A stretch of DNA of 45,155 nucleotides, taken from positions 1 to 45,155 of the forward strand of contig JBGCED010000067.1 in NCBI GenBank assembly GCA_045106055.1, written 5' to 3'. Position numbers and translations under genes: made by a program. Source of the stretch: Alphaproteobacteria bacterium. GTDB lineage: Bacteria > Pseudomonadota > Alphaproteobacteria > CBDDJK01. The notes below the pieces were generated by a model. That model did no database searches. It was not told the origin of the DNA and was given only the letters and a program-made list of their open reading frames with translations. Within the stretch, counting starts at the first letter, position 1, and each line of letters begins with the position of its first letter. Of the stretch, positions 19,599 to 30,863 are shown piece by piece.

Positions 19599-21239
19599 TT
19601 AAACCAGCCGTGATTGCTTAATTGCAGCAGCCACAAAGCTTTCAAACAAAGGATGAGGGGCAAAGGGACGGGATTTTAATTCTGGATGGAACTGAACGCC
19701 AACAAACCATGGATGATCCTCTATTTCAACAATCTCTGGCAATTCACCATCAGGGGACATGCCGACAAACCGCATTCCTTGCTGCTCCAGCGCATCCTTA
19801 TATTTCACATTCACCTCATAGCGATGGCGATGGCGTTCGCTGATATAAGAAGCGCCGCCATAAGCATCCGCGACCTTGGATCGTGGCTGTAATTTACATT
19901 CATAAGCCCCCAGCCGCATTGACCCGCCGCGATCATCATTAACTGATCGTTTTTGAAGCTTATTGCCGTCCATCCATTCGCTAAGCAGCCCAACAACAGG
20001 ATTTGCACTATCAGGCGCAACCTCGGTTGAATTTGCATGCTGAAGCCCAATTACATTTCTGGAAAACTCAACCACCGCCATTTGCATGCCAAAGCAAATG
20101 CCAAAATAGGGAATATGGCGGGTGCGTGCATAATGAATCGCCTTGATCTTACCCTCAACCCCGCGCTCACCAAAGCCGCCAGGGACCAGGATTGCGTGGC
20201 TGCCATCCAGCAAAGACGCCGCATCTTCAGTTTCAAATTGTTCAGCCGATAAATAGCGCAAGCGCACTTGGGTTTTATTGGCAATGCCGCCATGCAGCAA
20301 TGCTTCATTTAGGGATTTATAGGCATCTTTTAAATCAATATATTTGCCAACAATCACAATTTCAACCGCGCCTTCTGGGGCGTGAATGCGCCTTGATACT
20401 TCTTCCCAAACCGAAAGATCAACCGCTTTATTTCCTTTATCCAGATTAAAATAATCCAGCACCTGGCGATCAAGCCCTGCATGATGGTAATTTAGCGGGA
20501 CATCATAAATGCTGGATGCATCAAGCGCGGGGATAACGCGCTGCGGGCTAACATTGCAAAATAATGCGATTTTGGATAATTCCTTGATCGGAATTTCTTG
20601 TTCTGCGCGGCAAAGCAATAAATCGGGCTGAATGCCAACCGATAATAATTCCTTTACTGAATGCTGGGTAGGCTTCGTTTTCATTTCCCCCGCAGCCGCA
20701 ATATAAGGCAGCAAGGTCACATGAATAAACATGGTGTTTGCCCGCCCAGCCTCGTTGGCATATTGGCGAATGGCTTCCAAGAAAGGCAGGCTTTCAATGT
20801 CGCCAACGGTGCCGCCAATTTCACAAATCACAAAATCTTCATCCTCAATCGCACCGCCAATAAAGCGTTTAATCGCGTCCGTGATGTGCGGAATGACTTG
20901 AACTGTGCCGCCATCATAATCGCCTTTGCGTTCTTCGCGAATGACATCCAAATATAATCTACCTGTGGTGACATTATCGCTTTTTTTGGCATCCACCCCT
21001 GTAAAGCGTTCATAATGCCCAAGATCAAGATCGGTTTCTGCGCCATCTTCGGTGACATAGCATTCGCCGTGCTGATAAGGGCTCATCGTGCCTGGATCAA
21101 CATTCAAATAAGGGTCAAGCTTTCTAAGGCGCACCTTGAAGCCGCGCGCCTGCAACACTGCGCCAAGCGATGCGGATGCAAGCCCCTTTCCCAAGGAAGA
21201 AACCACACCGCCTGTTATAAAAATAAATTTTGGGCTCAT
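19599..21239 (-). CDS. pyrG: CTP synthase
   Basis: [48 protein letters not shown]. Confidence 0.99.
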   Translation of the reverse strand: MSPKFIFITGGVVSSLGKGLASASLGAVLQARGFKVRLRKLDPYLNVDPGTMSPYQHGECYVTEDGAETDLDLGHYERFTGVDAKKSDNVTTGRLYLDVIREERKGDYDGGTVQVIPHITDAIKRFIGGAIEDEDFVICEIGGTVGDIESLPFLEAIRQYANEAGRANTMFIHVTLLPYIAAAGEMKTKPTQHSVKELLSVGIQPDLLLCRAEQEIPIKELSKIALFCNVSPQRVIPALDASSIYDVPLNYHHAGLDRQVLDYFNLDKGNKAVDLSVWEEVSRRIHAPEGAVEIVIVGKYIDLKDAYKSLNEALLHGGIANKTQVRLRYLSAEQFETEDAASLLDGSHAILVPGGFGERGVEGKIKAIHYARTRHIPYFGICFGMQMAVVEFSRNVIGLQHANSTEVAPDSANPVVGLLSEWMDGNKLQKRSVNDDRGGSMRLGAYECKLQPRSKVADAYGGASYISERHRHRYEVNVKYKDALEQQGMRFVGMSPDGELPEIVEIEDHPWFVGVQFHPELKSRPFAPHPLFESFVAAAIKQSRLV

Positions 21240-21267
21240 TTTCGCCTGATTTTAAAGCGTTAAAGAA

Positions 21268-21627
21268 TTAATTTTCAACTGGAATCGCTGGCGCTGAAGC
21301 TGGCGTTTCTGCTGGAACAGCGACATTTTCCTGCGCATTATTTTGAACGGGGGCTGAATTGATTAAATCCTGATTGCGATCCAAAATCGATTGCGGGGCG
21401 CGTGAATCGCTGGCAATCATTGCAAGAATTAAGGTAATCACCATAAAGGCAGCTGCAAGTGCGCTGGTTAAGCGGGTCAAAAAGCTTGCTTTTCCGCGTG
21501 CAGACATCATCCCCCCGCCGCTGCCACCGCCAATACCCAGCGCGCCCCCTTCAGAACGCTGCATTAATACGACACCAACCAAGGCAAGCGCGACAAGTGC
21601 ATGAATCGCCATTAAAATATTTTGCAT
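21268..21627 (-). CDS. secG: Preprotein translocase subunit SecG
   Basis: 'VVLMQRSEGGALGIGGG...ARGKASFLTRLT'; two TM segments; upstream of pyrG. Confidence 0.95.
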   Translation of the reverse strand: MQNILMAIHALVALALVGVVLMQRSEGGALGIGGGSGGGMMSARGKASFLTRLTSALAAAFMVITLILAMIASDSRAPQSILDRNQDLINSAPVQNNAQENVAVPAETPASAPAIPVEN

Positions 21628-21846
21628 GATGAACCGCCCTTAAACTTTAAGCTTTATTGATATAAAGTAATTTGTGATAAAAATAATTTGAAATTCGCCC
21701 AAACCTTGGCTATGCAAGCCATAAGCTCAAATGAGAAAATACATAAATTCACACTTCTAATAAACCCAATTTAACTTCATGTCAAAACATAAGGCATTTG
21801 AACTGCTTTAAAAAATCAAACTCTAATTTAAAAAAACATCATATCC

Positions 21847-23505
21847 ATGTCACATCAAAAAATCAATGATCTGCTGATAAAAGCGAAACAATATCACAAT
21901 GAAAATGCGCTTGAAAAGGCAAAGCCTTTATATGAAGAGACCCTTGGGCTTGATCCCAATCATTTTGATGGATTAAGGCTTTATGCGCTGCTGTTGGCGC
22001 AGATGGGTTTTTATACCCAAAGCGAGCCTTTTTTTGAACGCGCCCTTGCGATTGATCCCAATCATACCGCTTTATTGGCAAATTATTCACTTATGCTAAA
22101 CAGAATTGGCAAATATGATAAGGGCATTATCCTATCCGATCGCCTGATCAGCTTATCGCCTGATCTTGACCAGAGTCAATCATTTAACCGTGTTTTATTG
22201 CTTCGAAATGCGGGGCAATATAAAAGAGCGGATTCTGTAATCCAGCAAAACATGAAAAGATTCCCTCAATATATTGATTTAAAAAGAGAATACGCGTTCA
22301 ATCTGTGTGATCTTGGGCAGCATAAGCAGGCATTGGAACTTTATGCCGATCTTATGAAAGACAACCCAGATCATACAGGGCTGCTGAGTGCTTACGGTGT
22401 TCTGCTAGAGCGTTACGGCTTTTACAAACGCGCAGCTAAGGCTTATGAAAAATCACTTGCCCTAGACCCCAATCAGCCGCAAACAAGGTTTAATTATAGC
22501 CTATTATTAATGTTGATTGATGATTATGATCAAGGGCTTATTGCTTATGAAGCAAGATGGCAATCGGTCGCATTCAATCAAGACCCTGCAATCATTGAAA
22601 TCAGGCGGCAGCTGCCTTTTCCTCAATGGGACGGCAAGCAGTCGCTTGATGGTAAATCCATCTTAATTTACACCGAGCAAGGGCTTGGTGATGTTTTGCA
22701 TTTCTTGCGCTATTTGCCGCTTTTAAAGCAGCTTGGTGCAAGCATTTTTATGATGGTAAGAAAATCGCATAAGCCCATTTTGCCGCTTTTAAAAAATGAT
22801 CCTGCAATATCAGGGTTTGTTGATGTGAACGAATCTTTTCAAGCGTGCGATTATCATTGCGGATTGCTTAGCCTTGCGCTTTATTTAAGACCTAAATTCG
22901 ATTTATTCACCCCGCCAGCCCCTGGGTTGATAAGCCCAAATATAGAGCGAAAATGGCAAAAAACGCTGGGGAAAAAGCACGAATCCAAGCGGGCATCAAA
23001 GCGAATTGGCTTTGTGTTAAGCGGCAGCGGAAATATTATTGCACGCGATATGGGAATCAAGGATTGGCAATTTTTGCAGCACTCTTTGTCAGCGCCGCTT
23101 GATCGGGTTGAATGGGTTTGCCTGCAAAAGGAATTATCTGCGGCGCAATCAAGCTTCCTTGCAAAAAATCCAAATTCCTTTCGGTTTTTTGGCAGCCAAA
23201 TCCATAATTTTGAAGATACAGCAGCAATCATCAATGAATGCGATATGGTGATCACGATTGATACTTCTGTGGCGCATTTGGCGGGAATCATGGCACAAGC
23301 CAAAGATAAAGCCAAAAATAATGCCGCTCCTTTTGTGCATTTGCTGATGCCGCATTTGCCAAGCTTTCGCTGGGGATTAAAAGCAAGCACCACCGCTTGG
23401 TATCCCAATATGATGATCTGGCGGCAGCTTAAGCAAGGCGATTGGCAGCACCCCATTTTAAAATTAAAAGATTATGTTTCAACCCATTATCAAGATTGGC
23501 ATTAA
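21847..23505 (+). CDS. TPR-repeat protein with C-terminal GT-B (GT9-like) glycosyltransferase domain
   Basis: About 6 TPRs (ALAIDPNH, SLALDPNQ), then YEARW, EQGLGDVLHFLRY, FEDTAAII..DMVITIDTSVAHLAG, RWG..WYPNMMIWRQ..GDW. Confidence 0.88.
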   Translation: MSHQKINDLLIKAKQYHNENALEKAKPLYEETLGLDPNHFDGLRLYALLLAQMGFYTQSEPFFERALAIDPNHTALLANYSLMLNRIGKYDKGIILSDRLISLSPDLDQSQSFNRVLLLRNAGQYKRADSVIQQNMKRFPQYIDLKREYAFNLCDLGQHKQALELYADLMKDNPDHTGLLSAYGVLLERYGFYKRAAKAYEKSLALDPNQPQTRFNYSLLLMLIDDYDQGLIAYEARWQSVAFNQDPAIIEIRRQLPFPQWDGKQSLDGKSILIYTEQGLGDVLHFLRYLPLLKQLGASIFMMVRKSHKPILPLLKNDPAISGFVDVNESFQACDYHCGLLSLALYLRPKFDLFTPPAPGLISPNIERKWQKTLGKKHESKRASKRIGFVLSGSGNIIARDMGIKDWQFLQHSLSAPLDRVEWVCLQKELSAAQSSFLAKNPNSFRFFGSQIHNFEDTAAIINECDMVITIDTSVAHLAGIMAQAKDKAKNNAAPFVHLLMPHLPSFRWGLKASTTAWYPNMMIWRQLKQGDWQHPILKLKDYVSTHYQDWH

Positions 23506-23507
23506 CA

Positions 23508-24653
23508 ATGACAGCGCAAACCGCCCCGCCATTATCTGGCATAAAAGTGATTGAAATATCAAGGGTGCTGGCAGGACCTTTTGCAGCCCAAACCTTGGCT
23601 GACCTTGGCGCGGAAGTCATTAAAATTGAAAGCCCAAATGGCGATGACACAAGGGGATGGGGCCCGCCCTTTTATGAATATGAGGCAAGCAATATGCGCG
23701 ATGCCGCTTATTATTATTCATGCAATCATTCCAAACAAGTGCGCTTTTATGATTTTAACGATGAAGCCCAAAAAGCAGAATTGCTTACATTAATCAAAGC
23801 AAGCGATGTGCTGATTGAGAATTTCAAAAAAGGGGGCTTGAAAAAATATGGGCTGGATTATGACAGCATTGCCGCCATTAACCCAAGACTAGTCTATTGT
23901 TCAATCACAGGCTTTGGGCAAGATGGGCCTTATGCAGCCCAGCCTGGCTATGATTTATTAATCCAAGGGATGAGCGGGATGATGTCCATTACAGGAACAG
24001 CGGATGGGCAGCCACAAAAAATTGGGGTTGCGCTTGCCGATGTGATGACGGGGCTTTATGCTGCAATCGCGATTGAAGCCGCGCTGATTGAACGGGAAAA
24101 AAGCGGGCTTGGGCAACAGATTGACATGGCATTGCTGGATTGCATGATTGCATCCTTAACCAATCAGGCGCAAAATTACTTGGCAACGGGTATTTCCCCT
24201 TTTAGGAAAGGGAACGCACATCCCAATATTGTTCCCTATCAATTATTTAATGCAAAAGATAAGCCGTTTTTATTATCGGTTGGCAATGATTCGCAATTCA
24301 TCCATCTTTGCGCTGAATTTGGCATTGCGCAGATTGCAAGCCAAACAGAATATTGCCATAATCAAGCAAGGGTTCAAAACCGCGCCCAGCTAACAGAATA
24401 TTTGCAAGCAATCTTCAATGATTATATGCGCGATAAAATCCTTGAAAAATGCCTAAAAGCGGGCGTTCCCGCAGGACCTGTCAATGATATTGCAGAGGCT
24501 TTATCCGATCCGCAAGTCACTGCGCGCGGCATGGTTCAATCCGTGGAAGTGCCGCATTTAAAGGAAAAAATCATCAAAATCATCAAAAGCCCAATTAAAT
24601 TTAGCAGATCGCGCTTGCGCGCACTCAGTGCGAATCATTTGGGACGCAGTTAA
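23508..24653 (+). CDS. CaiB/BaiF family (class III) CoA-transferase
   Basis: PLSGIKVIEISRVLAGP, LADLGAEVIKIE, ENFKKG, YCSITGFGQDGP, GYD. ATG 23508 follows the upstream stop. Confidence 0.95.
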   Translation: MTAQTAPPLSGIKVIEISRVLAGPFAAQTLADLGAEVIKIESPNGDDTRGWGPPFYEYEASNMRDAAYYYSCNHSKQVRFYDFNDEAQKAELLTLIKASDVLIENFKKGGLKKYGLDYDSIAAINPRLVYCSITGFGQDGPYAAQPGYDLLIQGMSGMMSITGTADGQPQKIGVALADVMTGLYAAIAIEAALIEREKSGLGQQIDMALLDCMIASLTNQAQNYLATGISPFRKGNAHPNIVPYQLFNAKDKPFLLSVGNDSQFIHLCAEFGIAQIASQTEYCHNQARVQNRAQLTEYLQAIFNDYMRDKILEKCLKAGVPAGPVNDIAEALSDPQVTARGMVQSVEVPHLKEKIIKIIKSPIKFSRSRLRALSANHLGRS

Positions 24654-24660
24654 TTAAAGC

Positions 24661-25677
24661 TTAGGGCAATAACAGGCTTGCCCCTGTTGTTGCGCCTGAT
24701 TCAAGCAGTTTATGGGCTTTGGCAACATCGCTTAATGCATGGGTTTGACCAATATTAACCTTAACCCCTTTTTGAAGTGCATCAAACCAACGCCCTGCTG
24801 ATAATTCCAAATCATCGCGGCTTTTAATATAATCCATCAGGCTGGGGCGGGTGAAAAATAAGGATCCTCTGGATGCGAAATCTTTGGGCGACATTTGGGT
24901 TATCGGCCCTGATGCGTTGCCATAACTTACCAGCATTCCCAGCGGGCAAAGCGAATTTAACGATGCTTCATAGCTGCTTGCACCAACAGAATCATAAGAA
25001 ACCTTGACTTTTTTGCCCTTGGTAAATTCCATCACTTGCCCTGCAATATCGGCATCGCGCCCAATAATCACATGATCACAGCCCAAATTGGTCACAATGT
25101 CCGCCTTTTCTTTGGTGCTAACCACGCCGATTACCTTTGCGCCCAATAATTTCAACCATTGAACCGCAATTTGCCCCACCCCGCCCGCTGCGGCATGAAA
25201 CAGCACAAAATCCCCCGCTTGCACTTTAAAGCTGCGATGGATTAAATATTCAGCGGTCATTCCGCGCAACATGGATGCGGCGGCGGTTTGATCATCAACG
25301 CTCTCTGGCAGCTTCACAAGGCGATCTGCTTGAATGGTGCGATAAGCGGCATAGCCCCCAAGCACCCCCGCATAGGCGGCGCGGTCTCCGACTTTAAGGC
25401 TGGTTACCCCGTCCCCTAGCTGTTCAACCACGCCTGCGCCTTCCATCCCAAGCACGCTTGGCAGCGATACAGGATAAAGCCCCGAACGCTGATAAATATC
25501 GATGAAATTAAGCCCGATTGCATTTTGTTTAATCACAACTTCACCCGCTGCTGGCACAAGTTCAGGCATTTGAATTGGCTGTAATTGATCAGCATCCCCT
25601 GGCTGGTGGATGCCATAGGCGGCGATGTTTGGGGCGGCGATGTTTGATGCGGCGATGTTTGATTCTGCATGGGTCAT
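24661..25677 (-). CDS. qor: NADPH:quinone oxidoreductase (zeta-crystallin/MDR family)
   Basis: IGLNFIDIYQRSGLY, LRGMTAEYL, HAAAGGVG, YGNASG, SLFFTRP. Confidence 0.93.
   Translation of the reverse strand: MTHAESNIAASNIAAPNIAAYGIHQPGDADQLQPIQMPELVPAAGEVVIKQNAIGLNFIDIYQRSGLYPVSLPSVLGMEGAGVVEQLGDGVTSLKVGDRAAYAGVLGGYAAYRTIQADRLVKLPESVDDQTAAASMLRGMTAEYLIHRSFKVQAGDFVLFHAAAGGVGQIAVQWLKLLGAKVIGVVSTKEKADIVTNLGCDHVIIGRDADIAGQVMEFTKGKKVKVSYDSVGASSYEASLNSLCPLGMLVSYGNASGPITQMSPKDFASRGSLFFTRPSLMDYIKSRDDLELSAGRWFDALQKGVKVNIGQTHALSDVAKAHKLLESGATTGASLLLP
25619..25663 (-). repeat. 3 x 15-bp tandem repeat in the qor N-terminus (SNIAA-SNIAA-PNIAA)
   Basis: GCGGCGATGTTTG(GG/AT) at 25619, 25634 and 25649 on the + strand. 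Confidence 0.9.
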
Positions 25678-25758
25678 TTCATATTCCTTATAATGTGTAA
25701 CAAAGATACACTAAAGATGCCAAATTTACGAGGCGTTTTTTGGATCAAAGCAAGTCTC

Positions 25759-27036
25759 TTATATATTATTTCGCACAATATATGTAGCGTTTAACTTTAT
25801 AAACCGCCACAGCAATAGGGCAACCATTAGCTTTAACATAGAGGGGATAAGCGCATAAGCATAGCTTAGCGGCAAATTTGCGGCTTTTGAAACAGCGGCA
25901 GGATCATAGCCAAGCAGCCCAAGCACAGGCAATGCAATGCCTGTTGCAAGCGCAAAAGCGGTCTTGGTTAAAAATGCCATTGCCGCAAAATAACGCGCCG
26001 CCCCTGCCTGATCTTGGGCATTATCAATATGATCGGCAAGCAAGGCGGGGGGCAATGCCAAATCCGCCCCAAGCGCCAGCCCTGACAAGATGCAAATGAT
26101 CCCATAAGCCATCACATCGCCCGCCCCAAGCATAAATGCCCACATAAAGATCAGGCTTGCCAGAATCATGCTTAGCATCCATGCAATGTATTTTCCGCGC
26201 AATGCTGCAATCTTTTGCCATAGAGGCATTGCTGCGATTCCGCTTGAAAAATATAGCAATAAAAATAGCCCTGTAAATTCAGGTGCCATAATCCGATCAT
26301 TGATAAAGAAAATCACCAGCACCGCAGGAACAGAGCTTGCAAAGCCATTAAGCAGATAAATGCCAAAGAACCAGCGCGCCCAGCTTGTGCGAAACAGGGC
26401 AAGGCTGGGAATATGCCCGCTTGCTGCTTGCAGGGGATTTACAAACAGCCTTTTTTTAAACCATAACACAAAACAGACAAAGGCAATCCCAAGCAATGGC
26501 ACATATAACAGCGATAAAACATAAAAGCTTTGCTGATCTTGACCGCCAAGCAGGGTGGGCGTGATTGCAGCTACCAGCAAGCCAATCAGCCCGATGGCTT
26601 CGCGCCAGCTGGTGATCCGCGTGCGCTCGATGGGTGCGGCATCCCACAGCCCGCCAAGCGCATGATAATTTATCGTAAGCACACTAAACCCCGTGGTGCA
26701 TATAAATATGCTGCCAGCAAACCAAATAAGCCGATATTCATATAAGGGGTTAAAGAGCATCCAAAACCCGCCACCAAGCATCAGCGCGCCCACCGCCATA
26801 ATTGCCAATCGATATTTAGAAAAATAATCACTAAACAGCCCAATAAGCGGGTCTTGAATGGCATCAACCGCCCGCAACACCAACAGCAACAAACCGATTA
26901 TGGTTAAGGATACATTAAGCGCGCTTGCATAAAAGGCGGGCGCATGGACATAAATCGGCAACCCCGCAAAGGCAAGCGGCATGGCAAGCGCGCCATATAA
27001 TAATAAATAACTTCGTTTAACAGGTAAAATACGCAT
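25759..27036 (-). CDS. MFS transporter, GPH/MFS_2 (Na+/melibiose-like) family
   Basis: 'LAMPLAFAGLPIYVHAPAFYA', 'DAIQDPLIGLFSD', 'ERTRITSWRE', 'GADLALPPALLAD'. Start uncertain (27036 vs 27072). Confidence 0.88.
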   Translation of the reverse strand: MRILPVKRSYLLLYGALAMPLAFAGLPIYVHAPAFYASALNVSLTIIGLLLLVLRAVDAIQDPLIGLFSDYFSKYRLAIMAVGALMLGGGFWMLFNPLYEYRLIWFAGSIFICTTGFSVLTINYHALGGLWDAAPIERTRITSWREAIGLIGLLVAAITPTLLGGQDQQSFYVLSLLYVPLLGIAFVCFVLWFKKRLFVNPLQAASGHIPSLALFRTSWARWFFGIYLLNGFASSVPAVLVIFFINDRIMAPEFTGLFLLLYFSSGIAAMPLWQKIAALRGKYIAWMLSMILASLIFMWAFMLGAGDVMAYGIICILSGLALGADLALPPALLADHIDNAQDQAGAARYFAAMAFLTKTAFALATGIALPVLGLLGYDPAAVSKAANLPLSYAYALIPSMLKLMVALLLWRFIKLNATYIVRNNI

Positions 27037-27091
27037 GCAAAATATATAATGAGTTTGCCGCTTAAAGCACAAGTTAATTTTGTGTTATGTG

Positions 27092-28135
27092 TTAGCAATT
27101 ACAGCTGGTAATCTGCGCCGCTGCCTTAAATTTGCTGGTGTTTAATTCAACGGATAGAATATCTTGCAACTGATCACGCGCTTCGCTGCTTAAATCATCA
27201 AACAGCCCAATGCGGGTAAGCATTGCGGTCATAATCGCCTGTGCGCCCCTTACCGAACCATCATCACATTTTACCGCAACCCCAAGCCCATATTCAGGAA
27301 GGGAAGCACACATTACCCCTTCTGCGCCGTCTTTGATGTAAAGCTTCTTGCCAAAAACTTGCATTAATCGCGTAATATATCCGCCCTGCCCCGATACCAT
27401 ATCAGGATATTGTGCGATGCAATCTTTTATTTTATCAAGGGCAAGCTGCCAATCATCGGGCAGCGATTCAGGCACACCAATTCTGGCAAATCCATAGGCA
27501 ATATTGCCAAGCGGCACTGCCCATGTTGGCACATTGCACCCATCAATCCCTTGTGGGGCATCGCTTAAATCAATATCCATCAGCCGCTCTATTGTTCCCA
27601 TAATCCGTTGCTGCACGGGGTGGGTCACCTTATAATAATCCTCAAGGCTGACATTCATATATTTTGCTTGTGCAAGCATGGCGGAATGTTTTCCAGAACA
27701 CATATGGGTAACGGGGTTGGGCTTGCCGCCCGCTGCTGCAAATTCCAGCTTAACGCGATCAATCATCGGCCATTCATCGCCACAAGCCAGCAATTCGGGG
27801 CTAATATCGCAAGATTTTAACATTGCCAAGGCTTGGTCATAATGGCGATCCGTCCCGTGATGCGATGCGCAAGCAAGCGCAATTTGCGGGTCTGTAAATT
27901 CAAAGGATTTAGCCGCGCCAGACAGCATTGCAGGCAGAAACTGAATGATTTTCGCACAAGAACGCGGATAGACTTGCAGCATGATATTGCCAGCAGAAAA
28001 TTGAACGCTGCCGCTAATATCGACGATTGCAGCGCGTCCATGATGCACCGATTCCGCGTGGTCGGCGCGTTTAAGCTCTGCCAATACAGGGTTATCTTGA
28101 AACGGATGCGCCCCAGATTCTATTTTTTTTAGCAT
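27092..28135 (-). CDS. L-asparaginase II family protein (Rhizobium etli-type)
   Basis: ESVHHG, YPRSCAK, ACASHHG, (M)CSGKH, IDGCNVP, KDGAEG, VKCDDG. Confidence 0.88.
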   Translation of the reverse strand: MLKKIESGAHPFQDNPVLAELKRADHAESVHHGRAAIVDISGSVQFSAGNIMLQVYPRSCAKIIQFLPAMLSGAAKSFEFTDPQIALACASHHGTDRHYDQALAMLKSCDISPELLACGDEWPMIDRVKLEFAAAGGKPNPVTHMCSGKHSAMLAQAKYMNVSLEDYYKVTHPVQQRIMGTIERLMDIDLSDAPQGIDGCNVPTWAVPLGNIAYGFARIGVPESLPDDWQLALDKIKDCIAQYPDMVSGQGGYITRLMQVFGKKLYIKDGAEGVMCASLPEYGLGVAVKCDDGSVRGAQAIMTAMLTRIGLFDDLSSEARDQLQDILSVELNTSKFKAAAQITSCNC

Positions 28136-28171
28136 CTATATTTTTCCCTTTATTTTGCGTATAGCTTTATG

Positions 28172-28190
28172 TTTTGCGTTCAAACGCCGC
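28172..28190 (+). repeat. Degenerate copy of the dispersed intergenic motif
   Basis: TTTTGCGTTCAAACGCCGC matches TTTTGCGCTCACACGCCGC (17190-17208) at 17 of 19 positions; intergenic. Confidence 0.5.
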
Positions 28191-28232
28191 GCTTGCTTTA
28201 CCGCCCATCACCTTGCTGCCAGCCATTAAACC

Positions 28233-29624
28233 TTATTTTTGTTTGGATTCATCAATTTGCGCCTTTAACATATTAAGCCCTTTTTCAAAATCGGCAAGAT
28301 CGCTATCTTTTAATTGGCGGTTGGTAGGCATTTTAACCTTCATCGGATTTACATGCTTGCCATTATACAGCACTTCATAATGTAAATGCGGGCCCGTCGA
28401 TCGCCCTGTTGTGCCAACATAGCCAATCACTTGATATTGGCTAACGCGCGCGCCCTTGGTCGCTTTTTTATGAATGCGGTGCAGATGGGCATAGGCGGTT
28501 TTATAGCCATTGCTGTGGCGAATGCGAATGAAGTTACCATAGCTGCCATTGCGCCCCGAATATTCAACCACCCCATCGCCCGCAGCATAAATTGGTGTGC
28601 CGCGCGGTGCTGCAAAATCTGTTCCCTTATGCAATTTATTATAGCCCAGAATTGGATGTTTGCGATAACCAAAAGAAGACGATAATCTTGCCCCATCAAT
28701 CGGTGTGCGCAACAATCCCTTCACCGCTGTTTTGCCTGTTTCATCATAAAAGCCCGCAAGGTCAGGATCGCCCAAATCGCTTGGATCATAGCGATAATAA
28801 CGATAGGTTTTGCCGCTAAGCGTCAAGCTTGCCATTAAAATAGGATGATTGCCAATCGCTTCCCCGCGCATATTGGTTTTGCCTTCATAAAAAATTTCAA
28901 ACGCGTCATCTTTTCTAATTTCTCTTTGAAAATCAACATCAAAGGAAAATAACTTAATCATTGAGATTAAGGCATCTTCTGGAACATCCTTGGCGACCGC
29001 ATCCACATAAAGCGATTGCTTGATAATCCCTTTGCGGTAAGCTTGGAATTTTTGAACGGGAATCGGGATTAATTCGGACTGATATTGGGTTTCTGTTTCA
29101 TTCGCCGCTTGCCTTACCCATAAAATCGATTGATTATCAATTTCATGGCGTAAATCCACAAGCCCATTATCTTTATTAAGCCGCAAGGTAAATTGATCGC
29201 CCGCACGGATATTACGGGGATTTAAATGATCGCGCATTGCTTGGATGATTTTATAGCGATCGGCGGCATTAAGCCCCGCGCCATTCAGCGCTTGATCAAG
29301 CGTTGCCCCAGATTTTATGGTCAACTGCCTTTGGGTTAATGCACCGCCTGGCGGCGACAAGGCTTCGATAATATCATATTGCGCAAGCGGCGCTGGCTTA
29401 AATTCACCTTGTGATATATGGCTTGTTTCTGGTTGATCTTGCGCTATATTATTAAACCAAGACTTGATTTCAGGATAAAGCGCAAGCGCAACCAGCACCA
29501 ACGCACTGCTAAAGGAAAGCTGCCACCATCTTGCCTTTAAATGGGTTAACACACAAAGCCAATGCTGGGCGGCCACAATCAGCATTTTACCAATTTGTGC
29601 GTTAAATTTAGAATTATGAATCAT
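28233..29624 (-). CDS. M23 family peptidoglycan DD-endopeptidase (MepM-like)
   Basis: N-terminal TM, 'FSFDVDFQREIRKDD', 'SSSFGYRKHPILG..LHKGTDF' (HxxxD), 'STGPHLHYEV' (HxH). Confidence 0.93.
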   Translation of the reverse strand: MIHNSKFNAQIGKMLIVAAQHWLCVLTHLKARWWQLSFSSALVLVALALYPEIKSWFNNIAQDQPETSHISQGEFKPAPLAQYDIIEALSPPGGALTQRQLTIKSGATLDQALNGAGLNAADRYKIIQAMRDHLNPRNIRAGDQFTLRLNKDNGLVDLRHEIDNQSILWVRQAANETETQYQSELIPIPVQKFQAYRKGIIKQSLYVDAVAKDVPEDALISMIKLFSFDVDFQREIRKDDAFEIFYEGKTNMRGEAIGNHPILMASLTLSGKTYRYYRYDPSDLGDPDLAGFYDETGKTAVKGLLRTPIDGARLSSSFGYRKHPILGYNKLHKGTDFAAPRGTPIYAAGDGVVEYSGRNGSYGNFIRIRHSNGYKTAYAHLHRIHKKATKGARVSQYQVIGYVGTTGRSTGPHLHYEVLYNGKHVNPMKVKMPTNRQLKDSDLADFEKGLNMLKAQIDESKQK

Positions 29625-29780
29625 TGAGCAAGCTTAGTAATAAATTGGTGGAAAATTTTAAAAATAATATGCGATTCCCCATGATCAGCACAAGTCAAAA
29701 AAAATAGAGAATAATTGCGAATCAGGATAAATAAAAATTCTTGTTTTTATATTCATTTTTATTTTAAGGGAACCATCACC

Positions 29781-30863
29781 GTGAAAGAGACCAAACCCAC
29801 CGAAAAACAAAAGGCATTGGATGCCGCGCTGGCGCAAATTGAGCGGTCATTTGGCAAAGGATCCATTATGCGTTTGGGCAAAAACCAAACCATGGATGTT
29901 GAATCCATTCCAACGGGTTCCCTTGGTCTTGATATTGCCCTTGGCATTGGCGGATTGCCCAAAGGGCGGATCATTGAAATTTACGGCCCTGAAAGTTCAG
30001 GAAAAACAACACTTGCGCTGCATGTTTTGGCAGAATCACAAAAAATTGGCGGTTCTTGTGCCTTTATTGATGCAGAACATGCGCTTGATCCCGTTTATGC
30101 GCGCAAATTGGGGCTGAATTTGGATGAATTATTGATTTCCCAGCCCGATACGGGCGAACAGGCACTTGAAATTGCCGATACGCTGGTGCGCTCTGGCGGG
30201 GTGGATGTATTGGTCATCGATTCGGTTGCGGCACTTGTGCCAAAGGCAGAGCTTGAGGGGGATATGGGCGATTCCCATGTGGGCTTGCAAGCCCGCTTGA
30301 TGAGCCAAGCCTTACGCAAATTAACGGGATCAATCAAACGATCAAACACGATGGTGATTTTCATCAATCAAATCAGAATGAAAATCGGGGTGATGTTTGG
30401 TTCGCCTGAAACGACAACGGGCGGCAATGCCTTGAAATTCTATGCTTCTGTGCGGCTTGATATTCGCCGTACCGGCCAGATTAAAGATAAGGATTTGGTG
30501 ATTGGCAATGAAACCAAGGTAAAAGTTGTTAAAAATAAAGTCGCCCCCCCCTTTCGCGTGGTTGAATTTCAAATCATGTATGGCGAGGGGATTTCCAAGG
30601 TTGGCGAATTGATTACGCTGGGCGTTAATGCGGGGCTGGTTGATAAATCAGGCTCTTGGTATTCCCTAGAGGGTGAGCGCATTGGGCAAGGGCTTGAAAA
30701 TGCCAAAGGCTTTTTACGCAAAAATCCTGAAAAAGCGCTTGCTTTGGAAAAACGCATTTTAGAAAATGCGGGCGTGATTACCGAAGCCATGCTTGCTGGT
30801 CCTGAAAGCGATACAGAAACCGTTGAAGCTGCCTTAACGCCAAATGATGATCCAACCGAATAG
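29781..30863 (+). CDS. recA: Recombinase A (probable GTG start at 29781)
   Basis: [46 protein letters not shown]; AAGGGA upstream of GTG. Confidence 0.99.
   Translation: MKETKPTEKQKALDAALAQIERSFGKGSIMRLGKNQTMDVESIPTGSLGLDIALGIGGLPKGRIIEIYGPESSGKTTLALHVLAESQKIGGSCAFIDAEHALDPVYARKLGLNLDELLISQPDTGEQALEIADTLVRSGGVDVLVIDSVAALVPKAELEGDMGDSHVGLQARLMSQALRKLTGSIKRSNTMVIFINQIRMKIGVMFGSPETTTGGNALKFYASVRLDIRRTGQIKDKDLVIGNETKVKVVKNKVAPPFRVVEFQIMYGEGISKVGELITLGVNAGLVDKSGSWYSLEGERIGQGLENAKGFLRKNPEKALALEKRILENAGVITEAMLAGPESDTETVEAALTPNDDPTE

Noticed and set aside
29625-29780. LexA (GTTC-N7-GTTC) box upstream of recA
   Set aside because: Only degenerate ATTC/GAAT half-sites with wrong spacing are visible; a box cannot be supported.
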